The notes beneath the pieces are model-generated. The model worked only from the letters and a program-made list of their open reading frames with translations, was not told the origin of the DNA and ran no database searches. Positions 52,685 through 64,000 of a stretch of DNA of 64,000 nt are shown here, piece after piece (position 1 is the stretch's first letter; each line of letters begins with the position of its first letter). The DNA is taken from contig OX597814.1 of NCBI GenBank assembly GCA_951406725.2, positions 135,842,001-135,906,000 on the forward strand. The letters are read 5' to 3'. The position numbers and the translations under genes were made by a program. Source of the DNA: Octopus vulgaris (taxonomy: Eukaryota).

Positions 52685-53825
52685 GTATGCATATATGTGT
52701 ACAGGTGTGAGTGTGAGTGTGTGTATGTGTGTGTGTATGTGTGTGTGTATGGAGAGAGAGAGCGGAGTGTGAGAGAGCTGGAGTACAGAGTGAATCTCTA
52801 AACAAACAGGCAAACAGATCCTTATAACAACACACACACACACACACATACTTATAGAACAGTGTTTGACCTTTTATTTTAAAACAATACTGTCATACTG
52901 TGCTGATTTTAGACACAATGTCAGAACAAATAACAAAATGATAAAAACAAAACTGCCACACCAAGCCTATCTATTGACTACCAGGAAAACTAGATGACTG
53001 TATTGCATGCTAATATACGAAATGGTTATGATATATCTGAACAATGTAAGACGTGTTTGTTGGACAGAATAAAGAAGATAGTTTAGGCTTGCGTTTCTTA
53101 AGTTCTTATAATGAATCAATAGAAAGTACTGAACTATTTATGTCAAGATTAAGTCGATGGTAACAGCAAAATGTTCAAGTGGATAATGTAATAGATTAGA
53201 TGGAACATCAGATTATAGGTCATATGTAGATATCTCCTGTATTATGTCTCTGAGTAAGTAAGTTACTTAATGGCTGTCAGAAATATGTCCTAGATGTTTT
53301 AAGGGTTTAATTTTCTTGCAAGCAGGACATCATCACAAACAGGAATATTATATATGAAAGAAACAAGTCTGAGAAATAACTTAACTTCACCATAGACACA
53401 CACACACACACACACATATATACATACAAGCCCTAACAAGAGACAGTGGTAAATGTTAAAACAAAGGTTTTATACATAGAGTATGATAGGTGTGTGAAAC
53501 ACACCCAAATACATATGTGCATATGTTAAGCAAATGCACAAACACACAAATAAGGATTTAATGAACTGAATTTTTTGTAGGTGAAAACATGGCTGTGTGG
53601 TTAAGAAAGCTTCATTAAGTTTTATTAAATATATAGGCGTAGGAGTGGCTGTAGCTTGTGGTAAGTAGCTTGCTTACAAACCACATGGTTCCAGATCCAG
53701 TCCTATGGCATGGCACCTTGGGCAAGTGTCTTCTACTATAGCCTCGGGCCGACCAAAGCCTTGTGAGAGGATTTGGTAGACAGAAACTGAAAGAAGCCCA
53801 TCGTATATATGTATATATATATATA

Positions 53826-54050
53826 AAGTTAATCCAAACATGAAAACACAAAGAGAAAGCACAACAACACCACGAGGACGTGGAACAAGTATAGTATTAT
53901 TGGACGCTCAGGAAAGAAGGAAAGAAGGAGGGTTTAACATTTTGAGTGGAGCTCTTCGTCAGAAACATAGTAAAAGGAAAGATCCAAAGAAGGGAAGACG
54001 GAGAAAAAAAATCGCCAACGGTACACACGCGGTCACATTTTGATTTTGAA
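53826..54050 (-). mobile_element. Short hammerhead-bearing element inserted in the (TA)n of a family A SINE
   Basis: (TA)n on both sides; contains the decayed hammerhead at 53932-53966. Confidence 0.6.
53932..53966 (-). ncRNA. Decayed minimal hammerhead motif
   Basis: Minus strand gttt-CTGACGA-a-gagc(tcc)actc-AAAATGT-T-aaac; three transitions at inferred CpG sites away from gctc-GAAACGT. Confidence 0.55.
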
Positions 54051-54115
54051 TATATATATATACATATATATATATATATGTGTATATGTGTATATACGCA
54101 CATACACACACACAC

Positions 54116-54153
<38 letters not shown>

Positions 54154-54169
54154 CAAAAGTAAATAGACA

Positions 54170-55105
54170 CTCTTATAATCATTAAAATTTATTTAAATCT
54201 GAAATTATACAATCAAATTATTTATTAATTGTTATAATGTGAATATTTAATATATAGTAGACATGCCCTTTGCATTTTTCAATGCAAGGACCCTATTAGG
54301 CATGTTACTGATCTGATTTTGCAGATTTTCTTGCCAAGTTTCATGCAGTAATCCCCAAAGATCTGGCTTTGAAGATGTTTTCTTGTTCTTTTTATGAAGT
54401 GTCCTGTCCATTAAGTCCCAGAGGTCTTCAATAGGGTTCAATGCCATTCTCATCCAACAAATTTTGGGTCATTTGCCACGTAACAAGGAGCCCCATCTTC
54501 CATAAATAAAGAGTTTTCTTTAATCATTTCACCACTGGAGAAGATTGGAAGGAGTCCTTTCTGCAATATGGACACATATTTATCTGAGTTTATGTTTCCC
54601 TCACACTCCACCAGCTCTGATCAACCATTGCTCCAAATTGCTCTTCAGACGACCATCACAGAATTGCTGCTATGTTTCATTGTTGGCTGCAATCTTTCCT
54701 CATCAAATTCTTGATCACTGAGTCTCCAGACCCACACTTGACCACTGTCAGGAAATACAGAAAATCTGGACTCACCAGAGAATAAATATGACAGTGTCCC
54801 AAAATGCTAGTGGCCTCTCCACCATCTCACAGGCCCAATCTTTTCTCTGTTTGTTGTTGGCTGGTTGAAGAAGTGGCTTCCTTCTTGCTGCTCTGCCATA
54901 GTAACCAAGTTTGTGGAGATACCTGACAGCTGTTCTGGGACTGACATCAACTTGTTCTGCTATGTCAGATGTCTTGCAATGAGGATTATCCTCCACACTT
55001 CTCTTAAAAACGAAAAGGGTCCTGTCAGAGGGTCCTGATTGATCTGGGTGAGGTGATGTGGTCTCCTTCCCCTCTCTGGTGAATTGCACAGTCACTATTA
55101 ACTGT
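54170..55105 (-). mobile_element. Tc1-family transposon remnant
   Basis: VDVSPRTAVRYLHKLGYYGRAARRKPLL...RKDWA...FWDTVIF and LNPIEDLWDLM. Confidence 0.85.
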
Positions 55106-55916
55106 AGAAAGATATGCATACATGAATACACATAATATACACATATATATGTGCACACACACACACACGCACACACACACATGCGCACACACACACATGT
55201 ATGAATGTATGTATGTATGTATTGATTTGGTTATTTGGTTATATGTAAGTCTCATTCCTTCTTAATCATAAATGGGGTTGGGGTGGATGAATGTTTAATT
55301 ACAGAAAACAAAATATCCTAGTTTCAATAATTCGCAAAGATAATTAATTATATCCCCTAATGAAATCTATTTTAATCTTATATCCAGTTTTATTAGAGAG
55401 AGGGAAATGGATTTACCAAGGGATTAGAGATGAGTACTACGTATGTATGTTTGTGCATATGTGAATATGTATGTGCGTGATTTTGGTGCATGTGTGTCTG
55501 TGCATATGTATATACACAAGCGTAATACTCACATATATAAATGTGTGTTTATTGTGAGCCAGTGTATGTATAAGTGTGTGTGTGTGTGTCTGTATGCATC
55601 ATGTATGTGTTTGTTTGTGTGTATGTGTCTGTATGCATCATATATGTGTTTGTGTGTGTATGTACTTGCATACACATATACACATACATATAAATTTGTG
55701 GGTGTCTACATATATGTTTACATACACAAATGAAGACTCACTTATACATGTATGTTAGAGACATCTATTAAAACTGAATTTGAGAAATGACAACATCCAT
55801 ATAGATAATCTTTGAAAGTCCTTTGAATATGATCAATGCAACTAAAGTGTGAATATATAACTATATTCACACATGCGCACACATACACACACACACATCC
55901 ACATATATGTGTGCAT

Positions 55917-55974
<58 letters not shown>

Positions 55975-56444
55975 GTATGTATATTTAAGCTATAGATATA
56001 TTTCAGAGGAAACAACAATAACTTATTTTTGTGGTTGAGAACAAACCACCCTACTTTGCATTTGGGCGAGGGCTAATTGATTTCAGCGTCCCCCAAAATT
56101 TCATTTGACTGGTACTTATTTCATTAGCTCTAAAAGATTGAAAGGGAAAGTCGACCTAAACAAAAAAAAATAATAATAATGATAATAATAATAATAATCC
56201 TTTCTACTAAAGGCATAAGTTCTGAAATTTTGGGAGAGGGGACTAGTTGATTACATCGACCTAGTGTTTCACTGGTACTTAATTTATTGACCCTGAAAGG
56301 ATGAAAGGCAAAGTTGACCTTGACAGGATTTGAACTCAGAACATGAAAATGGATTAAACGCTACTAAGCATTTTGCCTGGTATGCTAACAATTCTGCCAG
56401 CTTGCCGCATTAGTAATAGTAGTAGTAGTAGTAGTAATGATAGT

Positions 56445-57430
56445 TGCATGAAAGGATCACTGTGCAACTGGCTGACTACCTGCAGCAAGGTCACATCCCT
56501 ACCTGGATGGCAAGTGGACAAATCCTACTATGTCTCAAGGATTCCTTGAAAGGAAACTTGGCATCAAATTTTTTTTACCTATAACCTGTCTACCATTAAT
56601 GTGGAAACTTATGACTGGTGTCTAGATGGAATAGTTATATAACCATCTGTAAAGTAACAATCTACTTCCAGAAGAACAAAAGGGGTACAGGAAACAAAGT
56701 AGGGCAACAAAAGATCATTTTTAGTTGATAAAATAATAATTTAAAATTATAGATGCAGATTGACAGGACTGAATGTAGCATGGCTAGATTACAAAAAAAA
56801 CGCATATGACATGGTACCACACAGTTGGATAAGTAAAACAATGAGCATGTTTGGAATAGCAAAAAGCATGGAGAAAATGCTTAATGAAAGTATGAAACAT
56901 TGGAATACTGAATTGATCAAAGGAAAACAATAACTTGGAAAAGTGAACATCAGATTACTATTCATATTGGCCATGACTCTGTTCACTATGATACTATGAA
57001 AAGTTAAAATGGTTTATGATTTGGGAAAAGAAAATAGTCAGATAAATCATCTCCTTTTCATGGAATGATTTAAAGGTTTATGTAGAAAATGAGAAACAGC
57101 TTGAAAGTCTTGTACATACTATCCACTTTTTCTCAAATGACATAGGTATGGAATTTAGGATAGAAAAGTGTGCTATATTGAAAATGAAATGAAGATTTGA
57201 AAGAAGCCATGGAATTGAAATGCCAAATGCGCAAACAATGAGAGTGGTTGAGAAAGAACAGTGGTATAAGTACTTTGGAGTACTGGGAGCAGACAAGATA
57301 AAAAAAGAAAAAATTAAACAAATTACCAGTAGCGAGTACACAGGGAGAGTAAGAAAATCATTACAGTTAAAACTGAATTCTAAAATTCCTATTGAAGCAG
57401 TAAATTGAAGCAGGAGATTTATATATAGAC
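56445..57430 (+). mobile_element. R4/Dong-type LINE RT remnant (heavily decayed)
   Basis: PITCLPLMWKLMTG, DYKK.AYDMVPHSWI, INHLLFM.DLK, DIGMEFRIEKCA, YKYFGV, EYTGRVRKSLQLKLNSK. Confidence 0.8.
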
Positions 57431-58311
57431 ATGGATATAAGATAGGCTTCTTTCTGGTTTCTCTCTACTAAATCCACGATAAAGCTTCAATCAGCTCGAG
57501 GCTATAGTAAACAACATTTACTCAAGATGCTGCACTGTAATACCAAACCTGAAGCAAAGCAAACTTCGCGACTACATAATTATGTCCCATTAAACTAGAG
57601 GCAGTTTCATTTGGGCTGATATCCAAACAATGAAATAAAGGAAGATTAACTCAACAAAGCAGTCTCTAATATACAAAAGAAGATAAATAAATAGAAAACA
57701 AATGTACTGGATCAAAAGTTTTCTTGCCCAGGGCAGAGCTGAGACTAAATAGGAGCCATAACAGTGTTTGCACCATGATATAAAGAAGAAATTGCAAGTG
57801 AATGGCTGAAGCAACTGGATTTAATTCACTAGCTTTGTAAAAGCAATATCGCTGTTTATTTAGTGACCTTTATCTTGTGACCTATTTGTTCATGTTCAGG
57901 TGACTAAACTAGCTTTATTTACATGTTTATATTTTTGTTAGTTGCGTTGGTCTTTTCAGTGTGTTGACACTTCTTGTTTGTAATATATTCTGCGTAATTC
58001 AGAATTAAAAAAAGAAACAAAAACAAAAATAAAACCTTTCTGTTTTTACTTTGTGAGGTCTTGCTATAATTATAAGAAAGGACTCTAAAGGTGATATTAA
58101 CAGACGTTATTGTCATGAATAAGATATGAGTAATTAGAGATGGACAAGCAGGCATGTGTGTCTTTGTGGTTACAAAATTTGTTTTGAAACTGCATTGTTA
58201 TAGGTTCAATCTCACTGTGCAGCACTTCAGCCAAGTGCTTTTTACCAAAATTCCATATTGAACCAATATTGTATGAGCAGAATTTGATACACAAAGACTT
58301 TGTGTGTGTGT

Positions 58312-58359
<48 letters not shown>

Positions 58360-58641
58360 TGATGTTCACAGTCTTGAATTTAAAAATTTTTCATTATTAT
58401 TATTATTATTATTATTATTCTATGTTTGACTTTTGCTTTATATTTGTACAAGTTGGCTTCAAGTCTCACCCAGAGACCTCAAGAGACAACAGGTTAGAAA
58501 TTCACGTTGTTGTTATGCCTAGTGTGCCATATATTTGGGGTTTTTTTGGTGTTGTACTAGTGAATATCTAATAAATAAATTTTTTTAAAAGTGTTTGTTT
58601 TAAATCTTGAGATTACATAGAAAGTATTTTGTGTATTATTA

Positions 58642-58688
<47 letters not shown>

Positions 58689-58735
58689 GTTACTATTATT
58701 ATTGTTATTGTTGTTGTTGTTGTTGTTGTTATTAT

Positions 58736-59750
<1,015 letters not shown>

Positions 59751-60489
59751 GTTGTTGTTGTTGTTGTTATTATTATCTCTGAAAAGGCTGTTTGCTTTTT
59801 GATTTTTGTTTTTGCTTTCTATTTTTGTGTGATTAGATCCTGTTGTTGTTGACAATGCCTGGATTAACTTTTCCAGCATTGATTATAATTTAATTAAATG
59901 ATTATAACAATAAAACATTGCATAAAATACAGTTTTTAGCATAAAGCAGTTATTTCTTATAAGCATTACATAGAATAAATCAATAATTGTTATAAACTGA
60001 AGTATAACACAAGCAGATAATTCACACAAAGAAATATATATTTCCACTTGCTATTAAATATGTAATAATACAGAGATAAACAAGAAAATTGCTAATAGTG
60101 CATTAGCTGTCCCTGTTGCTTTTGTTATTGATGTTGCTGTTATGAGTTTAACCACCTTAAGATATGCTTCAGATACTCAAATCTACTGTGCTTAATTCTT
60201 GTTTCACTCAACAGTGGCTACACTGGTCAGAACAAATTTGAAAGAAACTCAATTCCCTCACAACACACTTAAGATTTCTAGAGTTTCAAAACTCTATCTT
60301 ACTTGCCTTCTGTTGAAGCCAATCTGTTTTTTTTTTTGTATTGGTTTTGTCAAATAGAAGATTTGAGGCTCATCATTACATGAGCCCTTATTTCTGTTGA
60401 CCCTGTTATTCATCCTGGATTTAATCTGTTTTGGACCAAAAATAACAGCCCAAAGGAGGTGAAGGAGTTGCTTTTATGATGACTTAAAC

Positions 60490-61737
60490 AATCTCATACC
60501 ATACAGCATCTGTTGCTGTAGAAATTCTTAAGGTTAGAAGTCATGGAAAAGCAATGATCAAAAGCCCATGAAACGGAGAATGAGAACCAAGTTGAATTGC
60601 TTAATTGAGAACTTGGAATGTTAAATACAACATTTGAAAAGAAGATGGTGAAGGTAAGAAACAGTAATGAGCCCCAAAGAAAGTATAACATTAGCCACAG
60701 AAGAGTATAGGTCGCTAAAAAGTATTAAGGTACCCGGCTTCTTTTTTAAAATGGACAAAGAGAAAACTACAGGAATTTGATAGAAGAACTTGGAAGCTGC
60801 ATACATTGCACAATATACACCACCCTGAAAGTAATGTCAACACACTTCAAAGAAAGAAAAAAAAATAGAGGTTTATTAAATGCAAAAGACACTTTCAAAA
60901 CTGTGATATTGTATTTTGAAGAACTATTTAGTATGTAGTGAAGAAAGAATACCATCTGCCACTTGAAATATCTGAAAAGTCACCGAAAAGGAAGAGAGTT
61001 TAACGACAAAGGGAAGAACAATGGGATAAATACATGGAAATTACATGGTCAGTTCATGCAACAAACTGAGGATGGTGAAAGTAAAGGATGCTGGTTATGG
61101 CTGACTGATGGAAGCCTGAAATGAGAAACTGAAATGCTAATTATAGCCACTTAATTACAGTTAGCATTTTAATTTAACTTTAAAAAAAAAAAAAAAAAAA
61201 ATGAACGAACTACTGAGTTTGGTTTAATGGCCTACCAATATACACTATGAGTTTCTTTGCCCTAGGAGTCGGGAAGACACTCGGCAAGAAATGGAAGAAA
61301 ATTTGAAAGAAGAAAAAAAAAAGTAATAATAATAATAATAATAATAATAATGATGATGATAATGATGACGATGACGATCACTGTTATGGGTATTAGTGCA
61401 CCCCCAGCCATACCAAATAACATGAATGTTGTAAGTAAAGAGGCTGAAAAATGTCACCAAGTACTCCAAATGGAAATGGCAAGACAGTATGGAATGCAAG
61501 AGGGTAATGTAAAAGTGATACCAGTGGTGATCAGAGCATTGGGCTCGATCCCTTTGAAACTTCAAAACTTCTTAAGGCAACTGGAATTCCTATGAAAGAT
61601 TGATGTCTTGCAAAAAGCAGCTTTATTGGATACAGTGCACATCTTAAGGAAAGTACTATCTATCTGAAGTACTTGTTGTGACTTGACTGATGACTAAAGA
61701 CTCTGGTACGTTTTTACTTCCACTGTGTTACGAAGGA
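60490..61737 (+). mobile_element. R4/Dong-type LINE C-terminal remnants ending in (TAA)n
   Basis: LHGQFM, ETEMLIIA, VKVIPVVIRALGSIP, LQKAALLDTVHILRKVL*; (TAA)n at 61738-61865. Confidence 0.75.
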
Positions 61738-61755
61738 ATAATAATAATAATAATG

Positions 61756-61810
<55 letters not shown>

Positions 61811-61817
61811 TAATAAC

Positions 61818-61848
<31 letters not shown>

Positions 61849-62821
61849 GTAACAGTAATAATAATCCTTTCTATTAAAGGCACAAGGTCTGAAATTTTGG
61901 TGGGAGGAGACTAGTTGATTTCATCAACCCCAGTGCTCAACTGGTACTTATTTTGTGGACTTACAAAACCCTAAAACTTTCTATGAAAATCTGACTTTTC
62001 TTTGCTTCCTCCTTGAATATTCAAATATAAATGTAAACATATACTTTTTATTGTAAAAACACACCTGTTCTAACTGGACATACAAACATCTCTAGAAAAG
62101 TCAACTTCAACCTCCACAATATTACCTTACATGAAATATACAAACACTTTTTATTGCAATAACACAAACACACATGGAAAAAAAAATGAAAAAAAAAAAA
62201 TGATGATGCTAAGATTCTCTCTGGTTGAACACAACTTCTCTATTCACAAACAATACAGGACAGCCCTTCCTTAATTTTTCTTAAGCCTAATAGTAGTAAA
62301 CATCTGAACTTTTTTTGACCGATAGAACCCCACCTAAAAAAAAAAAAAAAAAAATATCACTGATGGTGATGGTGATGATGATAATAATGATAGTAATAGT
62401 GCTGATAATCTATCTATCTATCTACACACACACTCAAAGAGTTCAACCAACACAAACCTCACCTCCGCTCTATTGTTAACCAAATATGAAAGTATTATTT
62501 GACAGGCAAGAACTCTGGCTTTGAAGACAGTCAGCCAGCCAACCACGTGATGGTGATAATGATAAAAAAACAAAAATAACAATAAGATACTGCTGTGACT
62601 ACACATAAAACAATATCATTGATGATGATGGTGGTGATGGTGATGGTGATGATGATAATGATGATGGTAATGATGATAGTGATAATAATGGTGATGATAA
62701 TAACAATAATAAGCCGACTACGGCTGCTATAATGGTACGATTATAATTGTAACGGCAATGATGGCCGTCTCCCCACGAGCCAATCAAAGCTAAAAAATGA
62801 TAACATTATCGTAGCACCAAA

Positions 62822-63404
62822 ATGTTTTTGGAAACTAAAAGGAAAACTAAATCAGTATACCAAATCGCTTGTCCTATGGTTAATCTGGAAGCGCGTCCCC
62901 CAGGGAAGAGCCAACCTGGGATCGAAAAGTCATCAACTGGCACAAACTCTTCTCCGAATACGGACATGGATGGTCACTTGAACGGGAAATCCCCCAACTC
63001 GAGCCCTCCAAGTTCACCACCACAACCACCACAGAAAGAAAAATGTAAGCGGAACAAATGGACCCAAGAAGAGTATAAAGAAGTAATATACGCTTATTAC
63101 TATGCATTAGGTAGGCCATCTCAAGAGAGACACACTGCAAACTCTTACAGTATATGGAGAACATGGAATCAAGACAGTAGGCCCTATTTGGACGAGAACA
63201 AATTAGCAAATGTGAGGAGGGATATCCTTAGAAATAACAGACTCACAGACAGTGAAATAAGCACGATCAAGCACGCAATGGAAAATGACATAAATATAAG
63301 ACACAAAGGAAATGAAGAATCAGATGAACAGTATAGCCCGCCACGAGGCTTAATTGAAAGACTGCCATCTGACCAAAGTATGCAAAGGCCTGAAGATACA
63401 AGGC
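62822..63404 (+). CDS. R4/Dong ORF N-terminal segment
   Basis: RNKWTQEEYKEVIYAYYYA...YSIWR..LDENKLANVRRDILRNNRLTDSEI, homologous to the 48720-49445 ORF. Confidence 0.75.
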
Positions 63405-64000
63405 CTGTTCACATCCAATGCCAAAAAATTCTACAGAGAAATAGGGAAGGAGAAAGTAACCGTTAAAGACCCCCCTCCCATGGAAGAAGTTCAAAACTTT
63501 TGGAAAAGGATTTGGAGTGACAAGAAGACGTACAACATAAATGCAGACTGGATTATACAAACTGAAGGATCCTACCAAAATTTACAACAAGCATGGGAAG
63601 ACATCACAATAGCAGACCTAAGAAAGGCACTCACGAAGGCCCATAATTGGAAATCCCCCGGTAAAGATAGGGTGCCGAATTTCTGGCTCGCATCGCTCCC
63701 ATGCGCACACGGTAAGCTAGTTCAGCTGCTCAATGGAATTATGAGAGACCCAAAGAAAACACCTGAATGGTTAGCAAGTGGCATTACTTACCTACTCCCA
63801 AAGAATAACGAAACCAACCTTCCAAAAAACTATCGGCCTATAACCTGTCTATCCACCACGTATAAAATCCTAACATCTATCCTGGCGGAGAAAACATATG
63901 CATTCATGGAGAAGAACGATATTTTCCCCATTGAACAAAAAGGGTGCCGCCGAGGCTCTTACGGATGCAAAGATAAACTGCTAATCAACCGTATGATCCT
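63405..64000 (+). CDS. R4/Dong RT N-terminal part, open to the window end, different frame from the upstream segment
   Basis: Manual translation LFTSNAKKFYREI..FWKRIW..NWKSPGKDRVPNFWL..PEWLASGITYLLPK..NYRPITCLSTTYKILTSI..EQKGCRRGSYGCKDKLLIN; no stops. Confidence 0.85.
   Translation, partial: MFTSNAKKFYREIGKEKVTVKDPPPMEEVQNFWKRIWSDKKTYNINADWIIQTEGSYQNLQQAWEDITIADLRKALTKAHNWKSPGKDRVPNFWLASLPCAHGKLVQLLNGIMRDPKKTPEWLASGITYLLPKNNETNLPKNYRPITCLSTTYKILTSILAEKTYAFMEKNDIFPIEQKGCRRGSYGCKDKLLINRMI

Larger units (their letters stand above)
62712..64000 (+). mobile_element. R4/Dong-type LINE 5' portion, runs off the window
   Basis: Follows a TAA/TGA-rich tract; N-terminal ORF and RT-proximal ORF listed below. 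Confidence 0.9.

Noticed and set aside
62712-62800. HDV-like ribozyme in the R4 5' UTR
   Set aside because: Could not form P1.1 or P2

Overview
AT-rich, microsatellite-dense eukaryotic DNA. The SINE/LINE repertoire points to a cephalopod, probably Octopus; this is an inference from repeat families, not a database hit. No host exon could be supported: most ORFs are microsatellite or SINE translations. The window is mostly mobile-element debris. It holds three tRNA-derived SINE families and RTE LINEs, including a 2.3 kb 5'-truncated copy with a PHD-like finger inside the RT region and a 62-bp higher-order tandem array in its 3' UTR. It also holds several R4/Dong-type RLE LINE pieces next to (TAA)n, a full-length DD34D mariner, a DD36E Tc1 and MITEs. 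The most unusual signal, found by manual folding, is a set of about eight minimal type-I hammerhead ribozyme motifs plus one half-motif. Each lies in a short non-coding element beside (TA)n tracts, and five are packed into 50.5-52.0 kb. Some sit in tandem-monomer (direct-repeat) or 5'-inverted arrangements, consistent with Penelope pLTR or retrozyme-like self-cleaving retroelements. SINE and degenerate-element boundaries are approximate.
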